This document shows positions 1 through 9,200 of a stretch of DNA of 32,000 bases, in pieces. Position numbers and translations under genes: made by a program. Source of the stretch: Planctomycetales bacterium (GTDB lineage: Bacteria; 4484-113; JAFGCY01); contig CP060262.1 in assembly GCA_022646745.1 (NCBI GenBank), positions 420,001 to 452,000 on the forward strand. The letters are read 5' to 3'. Positions within the stretch are counted from its first letter, which is position 1. Every line of letters begins with the position of its first letter. The notes under the pieces were generated by a model, which ran no database searches, was not told where the DNA came from, and saw only the letters and a program-made list of their open reading frames with translations.

Positions 1-1324
1 TGTGGCGGCAGGGATCGACATCAATGCCCGCCATGTAGACGGTGCCCAGCGAGGCGATCACGTCATGCGCCAGTGAGCGGTGCCGGTGGTGTGAGCCGCC
101 GACGATGTACAGCACATCAACCTGGCTGGTCCAGACCTTCATAGCATTGCGCAGCTCACGGAAGCCGTCCGGTGCATAGCCCATCAAAAGCGATGCCACC
201 TGCGCACTCTGGGAGAGGTGGTAGCAGGCCGTGGCGATCGGGCATTCCTCCTCGCGCTTCTCCTGGCCTCCGGCCCGGCCGGCCACCGGGAAGGGCAGTC
301 CGAGGCTGGCGATGCCGACCACGGGCTTGCGGAACACCTCGACCTCGTCAACACGCAGGGCCTTGAGCATTGCTAGGTCCAGCGGGCCGAGCACGGCCTT
401 CTCCGGGATCATCGCTTCCTTGTTGCGGGCCCAGGAGCCGATCGGCAGCAGGTTGCGCTCCGGCTTCTCAAACACGCGCGGCAGTTCCACCTTGCCATTC
501 TGGTACTGGTTCACCAGCTCCCAGTCACGCGGCGGCTCCTCAACGGGGGCGGCCTCCTCCGGCTCGGGTTCGTCACGGCGCCTGCGGCGGCGGCGGTCCG
601 GCTCGGGCTTGGGCGGTTCCTTGTAGTCGAACTCGTACTCACCGGGCAGCGGCACGAGGTCATCCAGTGGGTAGACCATGTCCGCCCCGCGCGGCACCTC
701 CTGGCCGATGGCGACCGGGATCGCCTGGCCGTGGCGCAGCGCCTCATCCTTGCGGTTGCTCTGGGGCGGGCGGCGCAGCTGGAACTCGGCGGGCGGGACC
801 TCCACATCACTGTGGCGCTCCTCACGGCGCTCAACGGCCGGGCCGCTGTCCTCGTAGTCATCCTCAAACTCAGCCTCGGCGGCGTTGATCTGGAGGGACT
901 CGAAGCTGGCCTCCTCCTCGTCCTCCTCGGCCTCGCCGTCAGCGCTCTTGCGCTTGACCTTCTCGTCACGGCCGATCATGGACATGTCGATCGCGGCATC
1001 GGCGGTGATCGCCTCTTCCTCGATGATGTCCTCCTCCTCGACCTCGATCACTTCCTCGGCCTCGTCCTCGGCCATGTCCATGACGGACTGGCCGAGTTCG
1101 GCGGCGTGCTCCTTGAGCCAGGCACTGGCCTTCAGGTCACGGGACATGATCGCGAGGCCATCCACGAGGGACAGCGGACGGGAGGGCTGGTTGCCGCGTG
1201 CGGTGACGGGCTTGGCCAGGCGGTAGCCCAGCGCCTTTGATGATTTGATGGAAAGCGTGCGCGGGGGATAGGTCAGATCCATGATCCGCGCCAGCGCTTC
1301 CGCAAGATTTGGCTTGTCAGACAT
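1..1324 (-). CDS. MoeA-family (molybdopterin molybdenumtransferase-like) protein with a long acidic insertion; first ~441 codons, continues past the left edge
   Basis: Uninterrupted minus-strand frame from ATG at 1324-1322 to the window edge. It is absent from the track because it has no stop in the window. My translation begins MSDKPNLAEALARIMDL. ALGYRLAKPVTARGNQPSRPLSLVDGLAI resembles the MoeA SxMDGYA block. AIGQEVPRGADMVYP resembles the TGAxxPxGAD block. LGPLDLAMLKALRVDEVEVFRKPVVGIASLG...VLYIVGGSH resembles the molybdopterin-binding domain. A long Asp/Glu-rich low-complexity stretch lies between the blocks. Confidence 0.6.
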   Translation of the reverse strand, partial: MSDKPNLAEALARIMDLTYPPRTLSIKSSKALGYRLAKPVTARGNQPSRPLSLVDGLAIMSRDLKASAWLKEHAAELGQSVMDMAEDEAEEVIEVEEEDIIEEEAITADAAIDMSMIGRDEKVKRKSADGEAEEDEEEASFESLQINAAEAEFEDDYEDSGPAVERREERHSDVEVPPAEFQLRRPPQSNRKDEALRHGQAIPVAIGQEVPRGADMVYPLDDLVPLPGEYEFDYKEPPKPEPDRRRRRRRDEPEPEEAAPVEEPPRDWELVNQYQNGKVELPRVFEKPERNLLPIGSWARNKEAMIPEKAVLGPLDLAMLKALRVDEVEVFRKPVVGIASLGLPFPVAGRAGGQEKREEECPIATACYHLSQSAQVASLLMGYAPDGFRELRNAMKVWTSQVDVLYIVGGSHHRHRSLAHDVIASLGTVYMAGIDVDPCRH

Positions 1325-1352
1325 TGAACTGAGTATTTTAGCGCTAAAGAAG

Positions 1353-1499
1353 GGATCAGGTTGCAGGGAGCTGGGAACAGGGGCAGGGAAGAGGCAGAAG
1401 GCAAAAGGCAGGAGGAGAAATAGAATGAGAATGAGAATGAGAAACAGAATGAGAATCAGCAGAGCCGAGGTGTAGCGGCGTCACCTCGCGACGACTACA
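1353..1499. repeat. Left arm of a repeat-built palindromic intergenic element
   Basis: GGCAG-rich tract, then the hexamer array AGAAAT AGAATG AGAATG AGAATG AGAAAC AGAATG AGAATC (about 1416-1456). This is followed by hairpin GTGTAG(1469-1474)...CTACAC(1494-1499) with inner CGTC/GACG pairing. An alternative stem pairs CGAGGTG(1465-1471) with CACCTCG(1481-1487). Confidence 0.8.
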
Positions 1500-1577
1500 C
1501 GCGAGCGGATACATCAGGGTGTAAACCTCCGGGAGTGAGATTCGCTTCCCTGTACAATTTCCTTTAGGAGCACTCTC

Positions 1578-1952
1578 TTGGGAAGTATCTTCTTCAATCG
1601 CAAACGAGATCTCGGCATTCCTGACATCGAGCGCATCGTCCTGCACGATGCGGAGATTCATTCCTTTGATGAACTGGATGGAGGCATTGTCAGGATAAAG
1701 GTGAATGACGGAACAGGTCAGCTTCAGTTACTGAATTTCACTGGCGTTTCCAGGATAAACAGTCTATTGCAGTTTAGCGACAAAGGAATATCCGTGAAGC
1801 AAGCCGCTACAGGTAGTGGGCTGGCTGGCGCAGAATGTGAAAGAATTGATCTGGGATTCAGGACTTATTTCTTGAACTTCAGTGGCAGGCCAATTCTCCT
1901 GATTGAGCACACCGGATTTGAGGTTGAGTTACTTGGAGAAATAGCGGGCTGA
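1578..1952 (+). CDS. Hypothetical 124-aa protein, low-GC orphan
   Basis: Track ORF with a TTG start 7 nt after AGGAG (1567-1571). It is visibly AT-richer than its neighbours and there is no competing ORF on the other strand. I recognise no family. Confidence 0.55.
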   Translation: MGSIFFNRKRDLGIPDIERIVLHDAEIHSFDELDGGIVRIKVNDGTGQLQLLNFTGVSRINSLLQFSDKGISVKQAATGSGLAGAECERIDLGFRTYFLNFSGRPILLIEHTGFEVELLGEIAG

Positions 1953-1995
1953 AGTTCGCTGTTTCAATTAGCTAACTTTGGTGCATTCTCTCCCA

Positions 1996-2076
1996 GTCGC
2001 GGCCAGGCCGCGCCGCTACTCATTCTCCTTCTGCTTCTCATTCTTTATCTGACCACTGCCTACTGACCACTGATTA
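1996..2076. repeat. Right arm of the same palindromic element (inverted relative to 1353-1499)
   Basis: The reverse complement reads CCAGTAATCAGTGGTCAGTAGGCAGTGGTCAG ATAA AGAATGAGAAGCAGAAGGAGAATGAGTAGCGGCG CGGCCTGGCCG CGAC. This is the same grammar as the left arm: heptamers, then GAGAAT-type hexamers, then GTAGCGGCG-hairpin-GCGAC. The arm runs into the TAA stop of the TPR gene (2074-2076). Confidence 0.75.
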
Positions 2077-2976
2077 CTGGTTCAGTTCGTCCCGTTTCGT
2101 GCGGTAGCCGGCGGCCTCATCCGCCTCGCCAAGCGTCTCGCAGATCATCACCAGCTCGTCCAGCAGGGCCACGCGGCGGTCGCGCACATCCACCTCGCCC
2201 TGGCCATCGATGGTGTCAAAGATCGCCAGCGCTTCCCTGATGAAGGCCCTGGCTTCCGGCAGCTTCTCCATGTGGAAGTTCGCCACCCCGGCGTGGTAGA
2301 TGATCTCGGCCGCATCCATGCTGGCCCCCAGCCTGTCGCTGGCGCTGCTGTCCGGGTCGTCCGCCAGCCGCGAGCTGAGCGCCTTGTTCTCCTGCAGTGC
2401 CTCCCCGAGCACCATCAGCGAGCCCTGGTAGTCGCCGGTGTTGATCATCAGCGCGGCCTCGTCGAACAGTGCGCCGTGCAGCTCATCGGGCTGGTCCTTG
2501 CGTACGCGGCTGACGCGCTCCTTGAAGGTGGCCAGCGCTTCGTCGTACTTGCCGAGTTCGTACTGGCTCTCGCCGATCACCTTCAGCGGATAGGGGCTCA
2601 TCTGGTCCGGGAAGTAGCGGTATCCGAGGTCAGCAGCCTCGCGCATGTAACTGATCGCCTTCTCGTACTCGCGGAAGAAGTAGTAGCAGTCCCCGAGCAG
2701 GAACACGCAGTCCACCAGGTGGTCGTAGTCCCCGGCATCGCGGAACACCTGTTCCAGCGGCAGCGCAGCCTCCATCGCCTCCTTCTCGCGGTCGTCCATC
2801 CGGAACAGTTCCTGGGCGCGCTCCAGCTCGGCGATGGCCTGGGTGTTGGTGATTGGCTTGGTGGGCACGCCGTTGGACTTGCCATCAACAGGTCCGCTGC
2901 CCTGGCCGTAGGCCAGCGAAAGGTTGCCAACTGCGATAAGTGTCGTGAACATGATGCGCATTCCCGTGGAGGACAT
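2074..2976 (-). CDS. Secreted TPR-repeat protein (300 aa)
   Basis: Track ORF 2074..3129, trimmed to the ATG at 2976, which is preceded by AAGGAG at 5-nt spacing. Signal-peptide-like MRIMFTTLIAVGNLSLAYGQ. TPR-like 34-mers such as LGDCYYFFREYEKAISYMREAADL, GESQYELGKYDEALATFKERV and AGVANFHMEKLPEARAFIREALAIF. Confidence 0.8.
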   Translation of the reverse strand: MSSTGMRIMFTTLIAVGNLSLAYGQGSGPVDGKSNGVPTKPITNTQAIAELERAQELFRMDDREKEAMEAALPLEQVFRDAGDYDHLVDCVFLLGDCYYFFREYEKAISYMREAADLGYRYFPDQMSPYPLKVIGESQYELGKYDEALATFKERVSRVRKDQPDELHGALFDEAALMINTGDYQGSLMVLGEALQENKALSSRLADDPDSSASDRLGASMDAAEIIYHAGVANFHMEKLPEARAFIREALAIFDTIDGQGEVDVRDRRVALLDELVMICETLGEADEAAGYRTKRDELNQ

Positions 2977-3045
2977 GGAATCTCCTTGATAAGGCCAATT
3001 GTACTGTGCAATCCGGGATGCAGGCCGCCCGTGGCTGCGGCAGGC

Positions 3046-3051
3046 TAGAAT
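3046..3051 (+). promoter_or_regulatory. -10-like TAGAAT, 6 nt upstream of ATG 3058 (leaderless or near-leaderless configuration)
   Basis: The sequence reads GCTAGAAT CAGGGG ATG. The same hexamer sits 6-9 nt from three other start codons in the window. No clear -35 element. Confidence 0.35.
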
Positions 3052-3057
3052 CAGGGG

Positions 3058-4617
3058 ATGCACGCACTGAAGCGAACCACCCTGCTGGCGGCCCTGCTGC
3101 TCGCCCTGCTGCCGGCCGCGGCCCGGCACAGCTCAGCAGAGGACACCGCGGGCGGCAGGCTGCCTGCACTGGACATGCTGCGCTCCGTCTCCAACACCGG
3201 AGACGCTGAGCAGGACGGCAGCGCGGCCTGGATGACGGGTGGCAATGCGCTTGCCAACGGAACGGAAATGGAATACGGCACGGTCAATGGCACAGTGGCC
3301 GGCTGGAGCATCCACTGCTTCGACCTGGCGGACCCGTTCAGCAAAGCCACGGTCAACCTGACGGCGGCACTCGGCGGGGTCTACATCGCGGTGGCGGACT
3401 TCCAGACTGGCCGCTGGGACTTCAGCGGTCCCTTCGCCGGCAACCGTCAGCTCGAGCTTGACAACACGGCCAACCGCAGCGGTGCCGGCAACCTGTTCAT
3501 CGCCGTGCTGGCGACCCGCGACAACAGCAGCCTGCAGTCCATCAGCGTGGACGGCGGCGGCAGCGGCGGTGAAGGCTACTTTGACGCGTCCCTCGGGATC
3601 GACATGGGCGAGTTCGTGGACCTCTCCGTTGTCAACGGCCGCCCGGCGGTGGCCTGCTACGACGCCACCAACCAGCAGCTGATGTACATCCGCGCCAACG
3701 ATGCCAGCGGCAGCAGCTGGGGCAGCCCGGCCTACCCGGACCCGGCCCTGAGCTGCGGGCTGAACCCGAGCCTCGCCGTGATCGACGGCCGCCCGGCGAT
3801 CGCATATGAGTCATTCGAGAACGGCACGCTGGACCTGAAGTACGTGCGCGCCAGCGATGCCGACGGCACGAACTGGGGCAGCCCGCAGGGCATCGTGTTC
3901 GCCACCAGCTTCGGCTACTTCCCGCAGCTGCGCGAGGTGGACGGCCGCCCGGCGGTGGGCTTCACCCACGACTTGGTCGTGCCGGGCAGCCTGAAGTTCC
4001 TGCGCGCCAATGACAGCACGGGATCCAGCTGGGGCTTCTCGGTGAATGTCGCCAGCGGGGCAGCCTTCGCCCAGATTGACATGGAAGTTGTCAATGGCAA
4101 CCCGGCGCTGTGCTGGACCAGTTCCGACGCCGAGAACGTGCACTACCTGCGCAGCTCCGACGCCCAGGGCTCCAGCTGGGGCAGCCCGCTGACGATCGAG
4201 GGCTCGCTGGCAGGCAGCTATGAAGCCAGCCTGGCGATCGTGGATGGCAAGCCGGCGGCCTGTTACACCGCACAGGAAGTGGACGAGCTGCACTACTGCC
4301 GCGCGAATGATGCCGACGGCTCGGCCTGGGGCAGCCCGCTGACGGTTGACAGCGGTGCTGAGACGGGGGCCTACTGCTCGCTGGTCTATGCCGAAGGCCT
4401 ACCGCAGGTGAGCTACTTCCACGGCGACGACGTGAACGAACTGAAGTTCGTGCGTGCGACTGACAGCAGCGGTTCGGCCTGGGGCACGCCACAGGTGCTT
4501 GACGCTGATGCCGGGCTCGGCACATCGATGGCCGATGTCAACGGCGTGGCCGCCCTCGCCTACTTCAGCCTCGGCCAGGGCCTGATCGGCTGGCTTTACG
4601 GGGTGCCCGCCAGCTAG
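3058..4617 (+). CDS. Secreted beta-propeller protein with seven Asp-box-like repeats (519 aa)
   Basis: Signal peptide MHALKRTTLLAALLLALLPAAA. Seven ~45-aa repeats of the form V[DN]G[RKN]PA..(Y/F)......L.(Y/F).RA.D..G..WG.P, for example VVNGRPAVACYDATNQQLMYIRANDASGSSWGSP and VIDGRPAIAYESFENGTLDLKYVRASDADGTNWGSP. The D..G..W spacing is one residue longer than the canonical BNR motif SxDxGxTW. Confidence 0.85.
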   Translation: MHALKRTTLLAALLLALLPAAARHSSAEDTAGGRLPALDMLRSVSNTGDAEQDGSAAWMTGGNALANGTEMEYGTVNGTVAGWSIHCFDLADPFSKATVNLTAALGGVYIAVADFQTGRWDFSGPFAGNRQLELDNTANRSGAGNLFIAVLATRDNSSLQSISVDGGGSGGEGYFDASLGIDMGEFVDLSVVNGRPAVACYDATNQQLMYIRANDASGSSWGSPAYPDPALSCGLNPSLAVIDGRPAIAYESFENGTLDLKYVRASDADGTNWGSPQGIVFATSFGYFPQLREVDGRPAVGFTHDLVVPGSLKFLRANDSTGSSWGFSVNVASGAAFAQIDMEVVNGNPALCWTSSDAENVHYLRSSDAQGSSWGSPLTIEGSLAGSYEASLAIVDGKPAACYTAQEVDELHYCRANDADGSAWGSPLTVDSGAETGAYCSLVYAEGLPQVSYFHGDDVNELKFVRATDSSGSAWGTPQVLDADAGLGTSMADVNGVAALAYFSLGQGLIGWLYGVPAS

Positions 4618-4643
4618 CCATCTCCGGCAGTCCCTGTTCTGGG

Positions 4644-4649
4644 TATAAT
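4644..4649 (+). promoter_or_regulatory. Possible -10 box TATAAT upstream of 4676
   Basis: Perfect TATAAT 26 nt upstream of ATG 4676, with AGGAGG (4664-4669) in between. No convincing -35 element. Confidence 0.3.
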
Positions 4650-4675
4650 CTGCCAGGGCCAGCAGGAGGAATAAT

Positions 4676-6289
4676 ATGCCTGCACTTATCGTGCTGCTTG
4701 CCATCGGATCGTTGCTGGTCTGCTCATGTGGCAGTACCTCCTTTGAAAACACGGGAGGCTGGGCTGGGGATCCGCCGGCCTCAATCCACTCCACCTCCGG
4801 GCTGGTCGCTGTCAGCACAGCTGGCAAGTCCAGCTTCAATCGCTCAGCCTCAGCAATCCAGTCCGGCGACGCCCTGCAACTCAACGAGGATGCAGCCGGC
4901 AGCAGCTGGGGCATCTGGAAGCTGGAGAGCGGTGGCTATGGGCTGGCCGGACTGGAGATCGAGCTTGAGGTGCAGGGCGGCCCCGGCGTCTGGATCGGAC
5001 TCGCCGATTACAGTACGGGTCACTGGGAGTTCAGTGGTCCGTACGTGACGAACGCCAGCCTGGAACTGGAACAGCCGAAGCACCTCTCACCCGCTGGCAA
5101 TGTGTTCTGTGCGGTGCTCTGTCCGGAATCCGGGCCTGCACTGGTCCACGGGCTGGCCCTGCTGACCAGTCGCAGCGGCTGGCAGGTGGTGCCCCTGTCC
5201 AGTGGCGATGCCGTCGGCAACCATCCAACGCTGGCTGTGGTGGACGGTACGCCTGCCATCAGTTTCATTGATTCCCAGAATTCGCTGACCAGGGTCAGCT
5301 ACATCCGTTCCCTGTCCGACAGCGGGGCAGACCCCTCCCACTGGGCGCCGGCGATCAGCATCCGCGAGCAGTTTGATGAATTCTCCGACCCATACATTCC
5401 GCCGACAGGACTGGTTGTCGCCGATGGCAACCCCGCGATCCTGTTTGCCGGAGCCACCTCGTTCGAAACTTCCTACATCCGTTCAACCAGCACGGATGGG
5501 ATGGCCAAGGCGGACTGGCAGCAGTTTGCCCTGATCGCCCCCGGCACCTCGAGCGGCGGCCTGCTGGCCATTGTGGACGGGCATCCCGCGGCGGTTTACT
5601 GGGACGATGCCAGCCAGCACCTGGTCTATGTGAGGTCGGCGACCGCAAGCGGTGCCTCCCCGGCGGACTGGAATAACAGGATTGATATTGCCTCATCGGG
5701 CACGGGCCTGTTCGGCGAATCGCTGGCAGTGATAGACGGCAGGCCGGGCATTGCTTGCTCAGCGCCCAGCGGGAATCCCAGCCTGTACCTGCACAGTGCG
5801 ACGCCTGCCGGTGACAACCAGCTGGACTGGGCCGGCCAGATCCTGCTGGCGGGCAGTGCTGACATGCGAAATGCATTCCTTGCCCCGGTCGCCGGCAGGC
5901 CGGCAATCACGTTCCATGATCCCGGCACCGGCAAGCTGCGCTATGTGCGCGCGGATGATGCAGGCGGGGATTCCGCCTTGGCATGGCCCGCCGCTGTCGA
6001 CATCACCGCCACGTCCGTCCCGTTCGCGGTAAGCCCCCTGCTGGAGGTCAGTGGCAAGCCGGCCACGGCCTGGTTTGACGACGGCAGCGGCTCACTGATG
6101 TATGCACGCTCCAGCGGGCCTGGCGGGATGGCGGCAGGGGACTGGAACGCCCCGGCTGTTGTCGACAACGCGGTGCCGGAAGGCGGCCACATGTCAATGG
6201 CACTCGTTGCCGGACACCCAGCGATTGCATACAGTGTGCTGACCAGCCCCTCCACGGAGGAGCTGCGCTACGCCATCCTGCTCGACTGA
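4676..6289 (+). CDS. Secreted (possibly lipidated) beta-propeller paralog (537 aa)
   Basis: AGGAGG lies 6 nt before the ATG. N-terminus MPALIVLLAIGSLLVCSCGS. Seven repeats such as VVDGTPAISFIDSQNSLTRVSYIRSLSDSG..HW, IVDGHPAAVYWDDASQHLVYVRSATASG..DW and PVAGRPAITFHDPGTGKLRYVRADDAGG..AW. It shares the N-terminal GLADYSTGHWEFSGPY block with 3058..4617. Confidence 0.85.
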   Translation: MPALIVLLAIGSLLVCSCGSTSFENTGGWAGDPPASIHSTSGLVAVSTAGKSSFNRSASAIQSGDALQLNEDAAGSSWGIWKLESGGYGLAGLEIELEVQGGPGVWIGLADYSTGHWEFSGPYVTNASLELEQPKHLSPAGNVFCAVLCPESGPALVHGLALLTSRSGWQVVPLSSGDAVGNHPTLAVVDGTPAISFIDSQNSLTRVSYIRSLSDSGADPSHWAPAISIREQFDEFSDPYIPPTGLVVADGNPAILFAGATSFETSYIRSTSTDGMAKADWQQFALIAPGTSSGGLLAIVDGHPAAVYWDDASQHLVYVRSATASGASPADWNNRIDIASSGTGLFGESLAVIDGRPGIACSAPSGNPSLYLHSATPAGDNQLDWAGQILLAGSADMRNAFLAPVAGRPAITFHDPGTGKLRYVRADDAGGDSALAWPAAVDITATSVPFAVSPLLEVSGKPATAWFDDGSGSLMYARSSGPGGMAAGDWNAPAVVDNAVPEGGHMSMALVAGHPAIAYSVLTSPSTEELRYAILLD

Positions 6290-6299
6290 AACCCGTCCG

Positions 6300-9200
6300 C
6301 TACAGCGTGCTCAGCATCCAGATCTGGTCCGTGAAGTTGTCACGGTAGAAGATGTGCCAGCGTCCGTCGGGGTCCTCGCACAACTCGAACATCGACTTGC
6401 CCGCCAGTCCGTCCGGCAGCGGCAGGGATTCCCAGTCACCGAAGTTGCTCCACTGGAAGTCCAGCTCGCGGCCCTCGACATCACCCATCAGCATCAGCCC
6501 GGTCTGGCTGCGCAGGGTCTCGCAGCTGACCGTGCGGCGCTCATCGCGCAGCAGCGGCTCGGGCAGGCTGCCGAACTGGCTGCTTGCGGAGTTGCCGAAG
6601 TAGTCAACCACATAGCGCAGGGCCCGGCCATCAGCGCCGTAGGTGGAGAAGAAGGCCTGGTCCGTCAGGTAGGGCACGTTGCCGAGGTAGCTGCAGGTCG
6701 CCAGCCCGCGGCCGCGGACCATCATGTCATCCTGCAGGTCAGCCGGGAACTGGTAGACCTTGTTGTCAACAAGCTCATAGGTGTCCTGATTGGACTGGTA
6801 GAGGGCGAGGCTGGATGCGGCCGGACTGACCCCGCCGCAGCGGGCGAAGATCCGCGAGCGGTAGCCGATGTTGTTGACGACACCGTTCCAGACCGGCCTG
6901 AGCGCCGGTGTATGGCTGGCCGCGCTGTAGTCCAGCAGCGGAGCACCTGTGTTGTAGTGCCCGATCACCTCCTGCGCCAGTTCGGTGCCTGAGTCGAAGG
7001 CATACCAGAGCATGTCATCACCGAAGGAGCGCTTCGCCAGCATTGGGCGGTAATCCAGCGAGCCCATGCTCACGGTGGCCTGGCTGGTCAGCCCGATGCC
7101 GTCCCAGTAATACAGCTTCTGGCTGATGCCGTCATTCACGCTGTAGTAGGCCTGCCCCAGCCCGTCGCTGCCGTTGGTCCAGTACTGTCCGAACATCAGC
7201 AGGTAGAAGTTCCAGTTGTCACCGTGGTCGTTGCTGTAGCGCAGCTCGGACTGCGCGCCGTCCATGTTGGTCCAGGTCACATGCAGCTGCACGGCCTGCT
7301 GGGAGGCATGCATCGCGCTGCCCTGCCCCTTGGAGCGCGGCAGGTAGCTGTTGACCGGGCTGGAACCGTCGTCGGTGATGCGCATGGCGCGCATCTCACC
7401 GTCAATCGTCGTGTCAACGAGGTCCAGCGTGCGTTCGCCGACCTGGGCGTCCATCACCGCCATCGGGTAACCGGAGTTCGTGCTGTGGGACAGTACGCTG
7501 TGCACATCCCAGCTGCTGCCGTTGAAGCGGTAGACCCGCGCCTGGCCGCTGGCATAGGCGAAGCTGCAGTAGATGTTGTCAACGGTGGTGATCGATGCCC
7601 CGCTGCGGTTAACCTCGGTGTTGTCAATCGGGGCCGGGGCGGACCACATGCCGAGCTCGTCCATCGCGGTCCATTGGTAGGGGGAGGTCTCAAGCACCAG
7701 CACCGGGCGGTCGGTGACCGGGTCGATCACCGGCATGCGCGGGTCTCCGACCAGCGCGGCGGCAATCTGCCCGCTGTCCACCACGTTCAGTGCGAAGTCC
7801 AGCTGGTACCACAGCAGCTCCGTCAGGGTCTGCACGAACAGGAAGGTGCCGGCGTCACTCTCCCGGGCGACGGCACCGATGCGGTAGACATCACCGACGT
7901 TCTCCGCGATCAGGATCGGTTCGAGCAGGTTGTCCAGCCGGTAGGCCACGATGTCCTCGTCGACAGTGCCGGTCCGGTTGCAGAAAAGGAAGTTGTTGTT
8001 GAAACTGGCGCTCGTCAGTGCCAGCACCTTGCTGTCCAGCAGCGGCGGGCCCTCCACCCAGTGCTTGCCCTCGTAGTCAAACACCGCGAGCCAGGCCCGG
8101 TTGTCCATTGAGGCCGCCATCACGATGCCTTCGGTGTAGATCGGCGCGGTGAGGGCATCCACCGGCCAGTATGCCGGCAGCAGGTCAAGTGTGGCGTCCG
8201 GGTCACCGAAGCCGTATTCCCACATGCCGACACCCTGCAGGCGGCGCTCGTAACCGAACAATGTCGGCAGGCCATTGAGCCCGAAGCGCATGCTCGGGTA
8301 CCAGATCCGGGACTGGGTGCTGGTTGAGGTGTCCTCCACGAGTTTGGGCGCGCTGTCCCATTGTGGGTAGACCTTCAGCAGCCGGCTGGCCGTGGCGAAA
8401 CGAGCGTCAGTCGTTGACACCGTGAACTGCAGGAAGTGGCAACCCGGCTGCAGCGTGAAGCTGATCTTGCCGTCCGTGGCCGGCAGCGCGCCGATGCTCG
8501 GGCTGGCAATCACCCACTGGTCAATGCCGACTCCCTCCGGGTCATAGCTGTCTGTGCCGAAGTCGACGTCCACCGTCACGGGGCCGTAGAGCGGGCCGCT
8601 CGGGGCGTGCACGACGATCACGGGATCCTGTTTCGTCCCGATCACGGATGCGCCCTGGAACAGCAGCCAGGGGCTGCGGTTGCCACTGCTGTCCTCGGCG
8701 GCCAGGCGGTAGCGGTAGCCCTGGCCCTCCTGGATCGTGTCGTCAACGAAGCTGCTGTCATTCACCAGCCCGGTGCCTACTCCTGCATAGTCGCCGAACA
8801 GCATCGGTGCCCGCTCCAGCCGGTAGCCGGCGAAGTCGGCATCGGCGGAGTCCGGGCTGTGCATCCAGCTCATATAGAGGGAGGAATAGCCGGTTGGCAG
8901 GGTGACCAGGGTCGGGGGACGCGGGGCGGAGTTGCCACCGTCGACGCCAAGCTCGATCCTGGAGAAGTCGAAGCTGTCATTTGTGGCGAGCATCAGGCCC
9001 ACATAGGCAATGCCGGAGGGAGACAGGTAACGCCGCTGGGAACCGGGCTCATCCAGCCCGGGGAATTCGATAGTGGCGTCGTCCGTAAAGGGTCCGATTA
9101 CGCGCCAGCGGCCGATCTGGAAATCCGCCGCGATGGCGAAGTATTCGCCGACCGGGTCGTCACTGGCATCCGTGCGCAGGCTGGTCGGGAAGGCATCCTC

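Noticed and set aside
172-1240. Track ORFs 172..366, 231..626, 370..888, 511..969(-), 731..1240 and 885..1226
   Set aside because: All are off-frame or antisense to the uninterrupted minus-strand MoeA-like frame (1-1324). Their translations are Arg/Pro/Ala/Gly-rich, the usual pattern for high-GC shadow ORFs.
1416-1456. CRISPR array as an explanation for the repeated GAGAAT, CAGTAGG and AATGAGT tracts
   Set aside because: The units are 6-8 nt, contiguous and degenerate. There are no 25-40 nt repeats, no unique spacers and no cas genes in the window.
1353-2076. Autonomous mobile element (IS or transposon) around the low-GC ORF
   Set aside because: There is no transposase, integrase or recombinase, and no clean target-site duplication that I could identify. 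Only a non-autonomous cassette remains as a hypothesis, reported as a finding.
3044-3053. Shared 10-mer GCTAGAATCA upstream of ATG 3058 and, reverse-complemented at 16391-16400, upstream of ATG 16384, as an extended regulatory motif
   Set aside because: Only two copies exist, and chance identity of a 10-mer among about 40 upstream regions is not negligible. I kept only the TAGAAT core observation.
2977-3129. N-terminal extensions of track ORFs: 2074..3129, 10804..10836, 12961..12981, 19333..19377, 19848..19868, 22238..22303, 23634..23669, 24325..24348, 26398..26508 and 28167..28247
   Set aside because: The extensions overlap the preceding gene or a repeat and lack SD or -10 signals. In several cases they would bury a signal peptide or the canonical MscL N-terminus. 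Internal starts with SD sites or coupled overlaps fit better.
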